DNA of 63,638 nucleotides, counting the filler, from Octopus bimaculoides (lineage: Eukaryota): NCBI RefSeq assembly GCF_001194135.2. It is 6 parts of 5 records of this genome, joined end to end, with 100 filler letters (N's around TTAATTAATTAA, not from the genome) between each part and the next. Parts side by side here need not be neighbours in the genome. Positions count along the whole stretch, not along the records: positions 1 to 22,622 come from NC_068986.1; 5 more parts are not named here. The stretch is one strand, 5' to 3'. The translations under genes and the position numbers were made by a program. Below, one piece after another: positions 1 to 11,945 of the stretch. Below the pieces are notes generated by a model. The model was not told where the DNA came from and did no database searches. It saw nothing but the letters and a program-made list of their open reading frames with translations. Each line of letters begins with the position of its first letter. The stretch's first letter is position 1.

Positions 1-109
1 CCACTAAGAAGTGGCGGAACAATCTCTGCTTAGTGGTTAGACCATAGGTGGTCTTCTTCTAGCATAATGCATGTCCACTTAGTGGTCATCCCTCTTATAT
101 ATATATATA

Positions 110-442
110 GGTGCAGGAGTGGCTGTGTGCTAAGTAGCTTGCTTACTAACCACATAGTTCTGGGTTCAGTCCCACTGTGTGGCAACTTCAGCAAGTGTCT
201 TCTACTATAGCCTTGGGCTGACCAAACCCTTGTGAGTGGATATGGTAGATGGAAACTGAAATATATATATATCATTTGACAACTGATGCTGGTGTGTTTA
301 CGTCCCCGTAACTTAGCAGTTTGGCAAAAGAGACCAACAGAATAAGTGTCAGGCTTACAAAGAATAAGTCCTGGGGTCAATTTGCTCGATTAAAGGGTGC
401 CCCAGCATGGCTGCAGTCAAATGACTGCAACAAGTAAAAAAA
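110..442 (+). mobile_element. tRNA-derived SINE, family A (full length)
   Basis: Head GGAGTGGCTGTGTG.TAAGTAGCTTGC...GGGTTCAGTCCCACTG has A/B-box-like motifs; central CTTCAGCAAGTGTCTT; tail GGTGCCCCAGCATGGCTGCAGTCAAATGACTG.AACAAGTAAAA. Homologous copies at 6605, 14296, 25378, 29444. Confidence 0.9.
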
Positions 443-1304
443 TAATGTATATGATAAACTGCTTGTTCATTCACCCGTTCTACTTTAGTTAGAGAGGTGG
501 AGTAAAAGTGTGTGGAGAGTGGGGAGAAATGTAAGTAGAGAAGAAAGAAGAGAGATAAGGTCAAATGCATCATGTAGTTAGCTTAAGGGAGAGGCAAAGA
601 GTGGAGGAAAAGACAATGAGAGGAAAAGAGTGAAAGAGAAAAGAGGGAGAGAGAAGTGATAATGATGTACAGTAGGGAGGGGTGGGGAAAGTAAACAAAA
701 AGAAATATATTTAGGATACAATATTTAGCAGAGGGAGATGTTCTGGTGGTGAGGTTAAAGAAAGGCATAGAGAGAGAAAAGCAGATAGCCTTCATATTAT
801 CAGAGGAGAGATACATCGACAGCAAGAAAAAGTAGATATAAACAAACAACTAAACTGAACTGAAATGAAATGATCTTTGTTATTGAAAACTATAGTGATG
901 ATAACGATGATGATGGTATCGTTATTGTTGTCATTGCTCTATCACTATTATCAATAAAAAGGTAAGCCAACAAAACTAATTAATTAGATGAAAGAATCTC
1001 TTGCATTTTGTCCCTCTTACTCCATTTTGTCAACTTTGCTTTTCAAGAATTTGGTGTCTGTATAATTAGTACCAGTTACCTACTGGAGGCATTGTAATTT
1101 ACTCTTCTCCCTACTTCAGGAATTGTACATATAATTCAAATTACATGTATCTGTTATAGCCAATTTCATCATAGTTGTTATTTTATTGTTGCTATTATCA
1201 GCATTATTGTTTACATATTAAGTTCAATATTTTTTTAGAATAAAATACATACAACTATAATTACAAAATGTTTATTTTTTTTTTGTTTTAAATATCCATT
1301 AAGC

Positions 1305-1556
1305 TTCCAATACATTCTGACTAATTTGATCACTTTAACCACCCAATTCTCAGCTAAAAGCCACATCCCTACCCCATCACTGTTGCCTTCCCAGAAGATT
1401 TTATACCCAAGTTATTTACATGTGAGGAACCTGGATGAGACTTCACTTCACCTTACTTCCTCAATGCAACACACATCTACACAACTCTTAGCTGCTCAAC
1501 AATCTCAGACCTAGCTTTCAATATAGCCTACATTGACTGTGGCTACTTTAATGATG
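1305..1556 (-). mobile_element. RTE-clade LINE, degraded apurinic endonuclease (5') fragment
   Basis: Minus-strand translation with stops: IKVATVNVG...VDVCCIEEVR*...YKIFWEGNSDGVG..LLAENWV, matching the N-terminus of RTE APE domains. Confidence 0.75.
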
Positions 1557-1728
1557 CAGATGGGGTGAGAAGAGTGAACAGGGAAATAGGGGCACCATTC
1601 AGTACCTGGAAAGGAGAAGAGTTACACGGGTGTTTGCCAGCAGGCATATCATATCTGTTTGTCTCTGCATTTAATTTACCATCATTCATTTCATACATGC
1701 TGAATCTATCAGAGAAAAGATGTGGAAT

Positions 1729-1950
1729 TTTTATATCCTGGTATTGGATATATAATTTAACAAAGCAAGTGGGGAAGGAGAGTATTTACACAATGCTCTA
1801 CTATTACTATTACACAAGACAGAACGCTCTCAACACGGCTCACAGTGAGCTGCCAACCAACCCAAACTGTTGATGACTTGACAGTTGTATATTTAATAGA
1901 AATGACTAAGTTCATTTTAGTCACTTGGTGGTTGGAATCCTTCCATAACA
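1729..1950 (-). repeat. 3' LTR of Gypsy copy 1 (222 bp)
   Basis: Begins TGTTATGGAAGGATTCC (same as 5803 end); ends TATATCCAATACCAGGATATAAAA, matching the LTR end of copy 2 at 20267. Confidence 0.85.
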
Positions 1951-1989
1951 TCTCGTTTTAGAACCAGTCTCCCCTATCTTCTCTTCTTT

Positions 1990-4900
1990 TGAGAATTGAA
2001 CTCTGCTCCAAGTTTTAATACCTCTAATGCAAAGGGTTCAATTCCAGTGTTTCCATTCTTCTCCATTTTCTGGTGCTAGAATGTATAGTTTCAAATTGTT
2101 TGGGTGTTGGTACCTTAAATGGGATTTTATTTCTCGTAACTGTTTTTTCCATGAATCTTTTTTTTAAGTTGGTTAATGTCTTTTATGTTCAACATTTTTT
2201 CCTTTATCTAGAAATAACATTTTTCCAATTTGTCTAATAATTACACCGTCCTCCTAGCTTTCTTTACCATATCTGTAGGTTTAAAAAAAAAACTTTGTCA
2301 CCTAACTTGAAGAATTTTGAAGTATTTCTGTTCACCCTTTTTTTAATTTTCATTAGGTATCAGCTTATCAAAGACGTATCTGACCTTTCTAGCAAACATC
2401 AATTCTGTGGGTGACATTCCCGCTGGTGTATTCAGATTGGGTGTTATTCAGTACACTCTTAGAAATTGTTTAAGTGCAAAATTGTCCACCTCTTCATTAT
2501 TCGCCTTTTTCAATGCCCTCTTGAAAGTGTCAACAAAACACTCCGCTTGTCCATTTGACCTAGGATGATAGAGGCAGAGTAGTGACATGTTTGATGACAA
2601 ACATTTTACAAAATTTTCTAAACTCATCTAATGTAAATTGAATTCCATTATCAGACACAATGGTATCCAGAATACCATACCTGGTGAATAATTTGTGTAA
2701 CCACAAATGTCAGCTTTTTATATTTATGCCCTTTCGGGCCACTTTGCAAAACTGTCCACCACAACAGGGTAATATGCACCCTTAAGTGGACCTGTATAAT
2801 CAACATGCAGTCTGATCCATGGAACATCTGTTTTTAGTCGTGGTTGCCATTTAGTGGTAGGCACTTTTGCAGCTAAGGCACACCCACTGCATGCTTTCAC
2901 TGATTGGCCAATATACATAACTTTTCACTAATGATTTCATTCTTGAAATCCCTGGGTGACCAATCTGAAATTCCTTTAATAATCACTTTTGTAGTGTGGC
3001 TGGCACTACGGTTCTTTGTGCATACATCAATACATTGTCACAAAATGAGAAATGGTTTGCATTTGTGTTACGCATATTTTTATCTCTTTTAGCCTTCAGT
3101 ATTTCTTTCATTTTAATAATGAATTTGTTTTCCAATTTTAATTTTATGTCTTGTAAAGTAGCTGGCAGTTCACAAATAATGTTACACAAAACATTTTTAA
3201 TTTCATTTTTCACTCACAAAGCAGCAATCACGGTATCTTTTAATCTGTAGATGGAAACTTCTACTGTGTAAAAATATGTGAAATTTTTTCATGGTAAAAA
3301 TAATTGCTACAGCTTCTTTTTTGCTTTGACTATAATTTTTCTCTGCTATCAGAGAACGCGAGGCATGAACCACCGCCTTCATGTTACCATTTTTATATTT
3401 ATGTAGCATTACTGCTCCTATACTGTACACAGAAGTGTTTCAAGCTATGACAATCTCCACTGCAGGATTGAAGTGTGCTAGCGACAAATCAGATGTTAAT
3501 ATTTTTTTATATTTTGTCAAACGCCTTTTGACAATTTTCCGACCAATTCCATTTCATATCTTTTTTCAGCACGTTATTCAGTGGAACACTCACCTTGGAA
3601 TATAAATTTGGTAATAATTTGCCAGTCCTAAAAATGCTTGTAAGGTTGTTATAGTGGATGGAGGGGGCATATTTTTAATCACATCTGCCCTTGAAGGGTC
3701 TGGTTGACATCCATTTCTGTCAATGATTTGTCCTAAATATCTTATTTTTGCTAAGAAAAGTTCACACTTTTCTTCACTCAAAGTAAAGCCATAACCTCTA
3801 ATTTTTTTGAACACATAGTTTATGTGCTCTACATGTTGATCCCTAATATAGAACTGCAAATTCACAGTCTGCTAACACTGCATCCATAATCTGTTGCAAC
3901 TTTTAAGCCAAATGGTAACCTGTTGTATTTATAGAGTCCTTTATATGTGTTCATTGTTAGGTATTTACTCTAATTTCTAGGTACACATCAAAGAGATCCA
4001 ATTTAGAAAATATCTTGTCACTGTTTAATTTTGAAAACATATCCTCCAGAGTAGGTAGCGGATAGTGGCACATTTTAAGACATTTGTTTAAACCAGTGGC
4101 AAAATCAGCACACACTCTGACTTTATTATTCTTTTTCTTAACGTACTCAGTTGATGAAGCCCATCATATTCCACTTTTAGGATAACTACAATTTTTTCTA
4201 GTCACTCTAACTCTAAGTTTATCTGTTCTAACATTGTGAACGATACAGTTTACTTTTGTTTGAATGTCAGTATGGTGTTTTCTTTTATTTGAAACTGCAC
4301 CTTCATTTTAGCGCACAGACCTAATTTATTAGACATAACTTCAGGAAAAATATTGAAAAATTTTTTTCAATTCGTCTAATGACTTGTACTGGTGGAAAAA
4401 ACCATTCACATTTTTACAGAAAAGATTTATGGGAAGGTCCCATCATCATCATCATTTAATGTCCACCTTCCATGCTAGCCTGGGTGACCGAATAAATTTG
4501 TGATATTATTTAACACAAAAACTTTAGCTTTCAATGTTTTTTCACGAAATGTAATGTTACTTATCAATTTGCCCTTAAAATATAATTTTTTTCTTGAAAC
4601 ACCATGGGCAATTTTCAAAGTTTCATTTAATCTAGGTGTCCCAGCTTTTTTCCATGTATCTGTGTTAATTATTGAGATATTGCTGCTTGTATGCAATTGT
4701 AACTTTGTTTGTGTTATTAATTTTTACATACACAAATTTTCTTTGAGGTGAGTTTGTATTTTTTGTCACCAATAATCTGTTTACACGATTTTTACTGTTA
4801 AACTGTTTTTTTAGGTCCTGTCCTACAATGCGACTTTTCATGGCCTATTTTACCACACCTTCAGCATTTTATATTGTTAAACAGACAGTTATTTTTAAAA

Positions 4901-5678
4901 TTTAGACCACCATACCCATAACATGGATTCAGTCTTGATATTTTTTCTTGTTTCTTGTTACTGGTTGACATGCTTGAATGTGAGAGCAATCTTTCTCTTC
5001 AATTTTATCTGTGTCATGTCGTAGATTTATAATCCTCTGACATTCTTCTGCTACTGCCTGCAGAGTTAAATTTTAGTCCTGTTCGAATTTTGTTAATATT
5101 CGAGAATGTATATCTGCATCTTTGTTTGCAGTAAGCCCTTGAACAAAAATTAAACACTTGAACATGTCTGGGGTCAACTCATTCAATTTGAATTTCTCAC
5201 ACTCTCTGTTAACCACTCCAGCATAGATGATGAAATTTTCATCATCTCTTTTGACCAAATTTAAGCATTGTCAGCAAATATTGAACAGGGAACTTCTTGA
5301 TAAAATATTGTTTCATCAAATCAAATCTCACCTGGTTTCTTTGGCAGAATATAATTACTATATCTTTTGTACACTGAAGGGGATAACTTTCTTAAAAGTA
5401 TTCATACTTTTTTCTCTTCAGACCAACTTTTACACTCTTCTTTGAAGATTTCTTCATATCTTTGAAAATATGCAGAGAAAGTAATGCCTTCTTCTGGTTT
5501 ATAGCTGAATTCTTCAATGGAATTTGCTACACTGTCTGACGAATATGAACCTGGAGTATTTTCAGAATCCTTCAACATTAATTTCAGAATCCTTCAACAT
5601 TAATTCCAGCAACTGTTGGTTTTGTTGTTGTAGTTGCTACTGCTGTAACTGCACAAGGGAAACCAATAAGTCCTCCAT
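1990..5678 (-). pseudogene. Disrupted gag-pol of Gypsy copy 1
   Basis: ATG at 5678 (MEDLLVSLVQLQQ); fragments in ORFs 5073-5258, 4475-4696, 3590-3865, 3203-3430, 2983-3213, 2724-2918; many stops and frameshifts, including a 22-bp tandem duplication at ~5560-5603. Confidence 0.88.
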
Positions 5679-6560
5679 GTTAAATGATCTTTTCTTTGGT
5701 TTCATATAAAAAAAAAATCAATTTTGAACATCCAATGCAAGCTTCGAAAGTGTCTCAGTCCACTTTTAGTCACTTGGAGGGTGGTCGGAATCCTTCCACA
5801 ACAGGTATATAACATAAATTATTAATTAACTAATAAAATCCACTTACATTTCTGATTAGTCATACTTTTTATGTTATTGATGTTGATAGGTTGCTGATAT
5901 AGACAAGGAGGGTTGGGGGACAGATGAAAGTGGTGGAGGCAGGTATGGGTTGTGATGGTGGTAGTGGGGCATGTGGTGGGAGCAAGTGTGGGTGGGCACA
6001 TTACAGAAGAGTAAACTATATAACTTTCATGAGACAAAATATATGAATTTATAAGAAAGACAAGCTATACAAACTTTCAACAAGTCAAAAGCTTTCACTG
6101 GACAAAATAAACAAATTATCGTGAAAAAGACAAGATATATATATTTTTCAGGACCAAAATAGAGAAAGAAAGTAGCAAAGCAAGCAGGCTAGTCCATATT
6201 ATGAAAGAGAGAAATGTATCTATACCAGAAGTCACACCTGGTAATAAAGCTAGCACATGCAGTATGAAAAAAATCTGAGCTATATACATGAAGATACATA
6301 TAGCATGTATGTACTCAATTTCTAGCTCTGTCTCATACAAATGAAGAATTTATATTAAAATCTGATGTTATTTGCATTTATATATTAAAGTCATACTTTG
6401 CTTCATGCAGAAAATGCTACTGATATATGTTTGTGCACATGTATGTGTGCACAAACATATACCAGTGGAATTTCTTGCATAAACATAAATCACCCTCCAA
6501 TTTGAAATATTGGTAATTTTTACTATATAATAATCTAGCAAAAAGCGGACGAATGGCAAA

Positions 6561-6859
6561 TCCCTTCAGGTAGATGGCCCTGCTCAATCTGTAGAAAAGA
6601 GGTATTCTTTTATTTGTTTCAGTCATCTTGACTGTGGCCATACTGGAGCACTGCCTTTAGTCGAACAAATCGACCTCAGGACTTATTCTTTGTAAGCCTA
6701 GTACTTATTTTATAACTGCTAAGTTATGGGGACATAAACACACCAGCATCGGTTGTCAAGCAATGATGGTGGGGGGACAAACACAGACATGTGAACATAC
6801 ATAAATACATATATATATNNNNNNNNNNNNNNNNNNNNNNNNNNNNNNNNNNNNNNNNN

Positions 6860-6891
<32 letters not shown>

Positions 6892-8130
6892 ATGGGCTTC
6901 TTTCAGTTTCCGTCTATCAAATCCACTCACAAGGCTTTGGTCGACCTGAGGCTATAGTAGAAGACATTTGCCCAAGGTGCCACGCAGTGGGACTGAACCC
7001 GGAACCATGTGGTTGGTAAGTAAGCTACTTACCACACAGCCACTTCTACACTACAGAAGATGTACACAGTGTAAGCTGCAGACACATAAGAGGTGCAGCA
7101 ATACCAGAGAAAAGTTAACAGGGAAAATAGCTTTTGTGGGTGGCAGGTGCACAAGTACAATAAAAAATTCAAATACAGAAAATAGGCTCCATCCAATGCC
7201 ATGTGGGTAAGTTAGATGTAGTTGATAGCTTCTATTATCTAGGTGACCAAGTCAGTAGTGGAGGTAGATGCTCTGAAAACATAGCTGCTAGAATAAGAAT
7301 AGGCTGGGCAAAGTTCAGAGAGCTCCTACCTCTTTGGTAACAAAGGACCTCTCCCTCAGAATGAAAGGGAGATTATATGATGCCTGTGTACAAACAGCTA
7401 TGCTACATGCAGTGAAACATGGACTGTAGGCTTGACAGAAAGGAAGCTTAGTATGCTTTGCTGGACGTGCAATACCAGTGTGCATGTACGACAGTGTTAG
7501 CATCTTGAGAGAAAAGTTGGGCATGAGGCATCAGATATAGTGTGTAAAAGAGATGACTATGCTGGTATGGTCATGTGATGTATATGGACAAGGACAACTA
7601 TGTAAAGAAGTGTCAAACTCTAACTGTGGAGGAACCTATGGGAGAGGTAGACCCAGGAAGACATGGGATGAGGTGGTGAAGCATGATCTTCGAATGTTGG
7701 GCCTCACAGAGGCAATGACAAGTGACCGAGACATTTGGCGATATGCAGTGCACGAGAAGTCTCATCAGGCCAGTAGTTGTAGCTGTGCTGGTGTCATGTA
7801 AATGGTACCCATGACATTGTAGTTCTGACCATTTCCAGTGCCATGTAAATGGCACCTGTGAACTGTAGTCATGTAAATGGCACTTGTGCATCATAATCAC
7901 GGTCATTGCTGGTGCCATGCAAATGGCATCCATGAATAGTAGTCACAGTCATTACCAGTGGCGCATAAAAGCACCCATTACACTCCTAGAGTGGTTGGCA
8001 TTAGGAAGGACATCCAGCCATAGAAACCTTGCCAAATCACACTGGAGCTTGATGCAGCTCTTCAGTTCCAGTAAAACTGTCTAACCCATGCCAGAATGGA
8101 TGTTATATGATGATGATGACAATGATGATG
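6561..8130 (+). mobile_element. RTE-clade LINE, 3' part, interrupted by a SINE
   Basis: PSGRWPCSICRK (6561-6604) continues after the SINE as RCTQCKLQTHKRC...; then DSFYYLGDQV..ARIRIGWAKFRELLPL, RGRPRKTWDEVVKHDL; 3' UTR and (GAT)n tail. Confidence 0.88.
6605..7044 (-). mobile_element. tRNA-SINE family A nested in the RTE
   Basis: Reverse complement of 110-442, with an internal (TA)n and gap. Confidence 0.9.
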
Positions 8131-8370
8131 AATAAGTTCACGTCAACATCTTAATAAGAAACACCAAATGAAGTAGGTTGAATTAACACATAAATAATAT
8201 ACTCAGACGAATGTGACAAAACACACACATTCAACTTTCATATAATTAATAGTGCAATGTGTCCCATGTGGCCAGATAGTTTTTCCCATGCAGTTGAAAA
8301 AAATAACTATGCAGTGAAGATTTTCTGCAATATTATCATAATGAAATGGAAGTTAGAAAAACAATGTTAC

Positions 8371-8458
8371 CTTTTCGTTCACAACACTTTGCCCAGGACT
8401 CTTCATCTACAGCAGGAGGGCTGATTAGAATCACTTGCTCAGCAGATAATCCACTTTC
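8371..8458 (-). CDS. IAH1: Isoamyl acetate-hydrolysing esterase 1 homolog, internal exon
   Basis: AG|GAA...AAA G|GTAAC; 88 nt, phase 0 to 1; ESGLSAEQVILISPPAVDEESWAKCCERK resembles the IAH1 VILITP segment; phase matches the 18257 donor. Confidence 0.85.
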
Positions 8459-8667
8459 CTGTTTAAATATATATATATAGTTTAAAATATATAGAGAAAA
8501 ACACATCAGAGAATGATTAAGAAATCCCTTTGGTAGTTAAATGATATATAAAATTTAATTCATAATTTTGTTATTGTATACTTTTAACACTATGCTATTT
8601 TGTAAATATCTTTTGGTATGTATGTATGTGTGCATATGTACATACACATACCTCTCTGTCTCTCTAT

Positions 8668-8708
<41 letters not shown>

Positions 8709-8710
8709 CA

Positions 8711-8925
8711 TACAGTAACCCCTTGCCATATTGCAGTTCAACTATCATGCACACAATACATCATGGATTTTTCTGGCTAATATATGTAAATTCATATCGC
8801 GGGCTCCTCAGTATATTACGGGTTTCTGCAGCTGATAGGTATTTATATTTGTTTAGATTTAATTATTTCTGTGGTAAAATAAGCGTTTTCATGCCTAAAA
8901 ATTAATATTTTCAGAATAAGAATTT
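8711..8925 (+). mobile_element. Tigger/pogo-like DNA transposon terminus
   Basis: TA|CAGTAACCCCTTGCCATATTGCAG start; second copy at 27611-27807 shares GATTTTTCTGGCTAATATATGT...GATAGG.ATTTATATT. Confidence 0.6.
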
Positions 8926-10463
8926 ATCTTTATGCAAACATGTTTTATTTTTCTCATCTCGTTTATTGGTTGTTGTGCTTTATATTGCTATTTTACCTAG
9001 TTTCATAGAAGGCGTCTAGCTTTTTATTGTTGATAGAGGCTATAATAGTAGCTAGGCTGCTAGTTAGCTATGGCCTACTCCAATTTTATTGCTAAAATTT
9101 TCTGAGTATTTGGTATTCATATTGAAGTACTTATGTATAAGTTTCATTATAAATTGACCATATTGGTTTTAAGCTGCATCACGTTTATTAGCCAGATGTT
9201 ATCTTTATTCTGTTTGTTATTTTTACTATTATTGTTTTTGGTGTAGAAACTGCCCTCAGTATTATTGTAGATCGTAAAGTTATGGTTATAATTATTATTA
9301 TTCTTTCTATTGTTATTTTTATTACTATTACTATCAGCTTTATTGGGGTTGTTCCTGTACGATTCATTTATTTTATTTACCTTGCTAGTATCGTTTCTAA
9401 CAGGGGCTCTATTGTTTCTTTGAGGTGTGTTATTTTTATTATTATTATTCTTAGTACTGTTATTATTCCCATTATTAGTATTTATATCGTTATCATTTTT
9501 AATGCTGTTATTAATCTTTTTCTGAATCTTATCATTCTTCCTACTATGTTTGTTATTACTACTATTATTCCTATTATTGTTGTTCTTATTGTTTTTGTGA
9601 TTATTATAGTCATTTTGGATATAATTCCTATTATTATAATTTTGAACATTTCTTTTATCTGGGTTATTTTTATAGGGTTCCGAGTAAAGGTACTTAATTT
9701 TTAGCTTATAACCTGCTTTTTCTAATGCGCTGTAGAATTCTTTATACTTATTAAAGATATCTTCGTTGGATGAGAGATATGAGATTCTTTTGCTGATGCC
9801 TTGTAGAAGTCCACTTTTTACAAAGTTAGGGTGGTTGCTAAATGCCTTTATAGATTTTAGGTTTGTATTTGGTTTTATGTACGGTTTGTGTAGTCCCATG
9901 GTTAGATTGCAGTTGGCATCTAAGTAGTTAATAGAATTGTGCTCTTTTTCTATTGTGATGGTTAAGCCAAAACATTTAAAAAACTTATATAGTTTTTTCT
10001 TTAGTAGTTCTAGTCTCCTATTTGAGATGTTTTCAGGATAAATAATGTGTCGTATCTGTAGAGGCCTCCTCTGATCTCTGGGAATTCTTCATGTGAATGT
10101 GATAAGTAAATGCCTACCAAGTCAGTTACCTGTGCTGAATCAGGGGCTCTCATAGTGATGTCGAAGTTATTAGGGGTATCCTTTCTTATCCATAGTTTGT
10201 TATCGAAATTTATTATGAATTTCCTCTCTTCTAACTTACCTTAATCTCATTCATGGTCAGTTTGGTTTGTTTTTTGGCGGAAATAAGAGCGCTATTTAGG
10301 ATCGTAGGGTTAATTGATGAGTAGTAATCCTCTATGTCTATCTGTAGGAACTTATATTTATTTTTATTCTGTATCCTGGAGAACCACTCAAGGGCTTCAC
10401 AGGTATTTGATAATAATTCTAGGGTTATTTTATTTTTTATCATAGGGATATATTTATCTAATA

Positions 10464-10807
10464 CTAGCAGTATAGCCCGGTGCTGCCCAGGATTAAGCTA
10501 GGATTATTAAGTGATCAAGTGCTTTATTTCAAACCAAAATAAGTAACATCGATATCAGATTTAAGTGAAATCCGTTGAAATTGGTTTGGCTGAAAATGGT
10601 TTGCTGGCAATTTGATTGGAAAATCCCATAAGGAATCAGTTTATTGGTTATTTCCACTCACTGACTGTTTTTTTTTAAGTTGCATTAGAGATCTGCATAG
10701 AAGGTTGATCTGAAGGTTTGCATCGGGGATCTGGATTGGAGTAACTTAGGAAGACTTACCAACAGCCTTAACCAAAAAATAATGGGCCTGTCCTTTCTAG
10801 GTTAACT

Positions 10808-10840
<33 letters not shown>

Positions 10841-11677
10841 GACCCTAAACCGTAACCCTAACACCAACCCTAATCCAAACCCTAACACTAACCTTAATCC
10901 TAACCCTAAAACCCTAACCGTAACACCCTAGTGGAAATTGTGCGGGTGTTAATGTGAAAAATTACCAAACCCTTTTTGTGGTCCGAAAAACGGGTTGGGG
11001 CGGTGACTGACAAATTGTTACATACCTTTTTGTTTCATAGTTGTTGTGAAATATAAACAAAACTCTTTCGCTCCCAAAGTAGTATATGTGCGTGTGTGTG
11101 AGAGTGAGAGGGGGGGGGGAAGAAAGATGAACGATTTAAAATAAATAAATGATTTAAAATAAATATATTTTAATTGTTGTGTGAGAAAGTATATATGATC
11201 TCATTATAGGATATAGTGTCTTTCTATTGTCCCTCTTCCACTTTTTCGTTCTTTTTTCTTTACTTAGATGCTGGCAAACAAACTCTGTCTTAGTTAGAGA
11301 AATTTTTTTTCCTTAGCCGCTTTGTGTCTCCCTTTCCCACTTTTTGTTTCCTTTATTTTTGTTAGACGCTAGCAAACACTCTGTTACACCCCTTGTCACA
11401 AACACACTATTTCTTTCTTTCTTTCTTTCTCTCTCTCTCTCTCTCTCCTTCACGCGCGTACGCACAGATTTGACTTCGCTATGTCAACAAACTTCAAAAT
11501 TGGTAAAAGTTTATCGATTTTTACAGCTATACGCGGGTGCTTCTGAGAGAAAAAGTTGACGGAAATGCAGATAGGGTCATGACGAATCTCCTCCTAAAAT
11601 TGGAGCAATATGTGTGCTAATTTGTGGATGTGCATAAAGTACATTCATGTACACACACACATCCTGCCTTATATAGA
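10464..11677 (-). mobile_element. Non-autonomous Helitron
   Basis: Minus strand: A|TC 5' end at 11677; GC hairpin CCTGG-GCAGCA-CCGGG (10491-10476); 3' CTAG|T at 10464; no TSD. Confidence 0.78.
10803..10930. repeat. Degenerate telomere-like (TAACCC)n array inside the Helitron
   Basis: About 20 imperfect TAACCC/TAAACCC units. Confidence 0.9.
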
Positions 11678-11814
11678 TACTGATTAATTTAATTTACAAA
11701 GATAAGATTTATTAGGGCAGATTAGTTAATTATTGCTCTAGTTTTTTTCTTTTCTATGTATGTATGTATGTACGTATGTATGTATGTATGTATGTACATA
11801 TGTATGTATGTATG

Positions 11815-11847
<33 letters not shown>

Positions 11848-11904
11848 ATATATATATGCATGTGTATATACATATGTATATATTTAAATATGTGTGTATA
11901 TATG

Positions 11905-11940
<36 letters not shown>

Positions 11941-11945
<5 letters not shown>

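Larger units (their letters stand above)
1729..5803 (-). mobile_element. Ty3/Gypsy LTR retrotransposon (Mag-like), degenerate, copy 1
   Basis: Domain order gag (CCHC knuckle C*RCGKIGHEKSHC), protease (LQLHTSSN, degenerate DTG), RT, RNase H (SIGAV, EKNYSQSKKEA), integrase (PWIRLHVDYTGP, TIVSDNG, HPRSNGQAE). 3' LTR 1729-1950, 5' LTR remnant 5764-5803, purine tract at ~1951-1990, flanks GGAAT/GGTAT. Confidence 0.93.
8930..11750 (-). mobile_element. Penelope-like element 1 (Naiad-type RT, Asn-rich linker, no endonuclease), split by a Helitron
   Basis: ICPNKSYLCKL (11730-11680) | ILDKYIPMIK..EWF..FLQIDIEDYYSSIN..FDITMRAPDSAQVTDLVGIY..GGLYRYD..SNHP; ORF 9147-9899 carries the thumb and N-rich linker. 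Confidence 0.85.

Noticed and set aside
6116-6340. 74-aa hydrophobic minus-strand ORF
   Set aside because: No motif or splice support; Leu/Ile/Phe richness is expected from antisense of purine-rich AT DNA.
9282-9704. 140-aa very hydrophobic ORF resembling a membrane protein
   Set aside because: It is the antisense shadow of the Asn-rich Penelope linker (AAT/AAC read as ATT/GTT).
10803-10930. True telomere or chromosome fusion site
   Set aside because: Short, degenerate, single orientation and internal to a Helitron.
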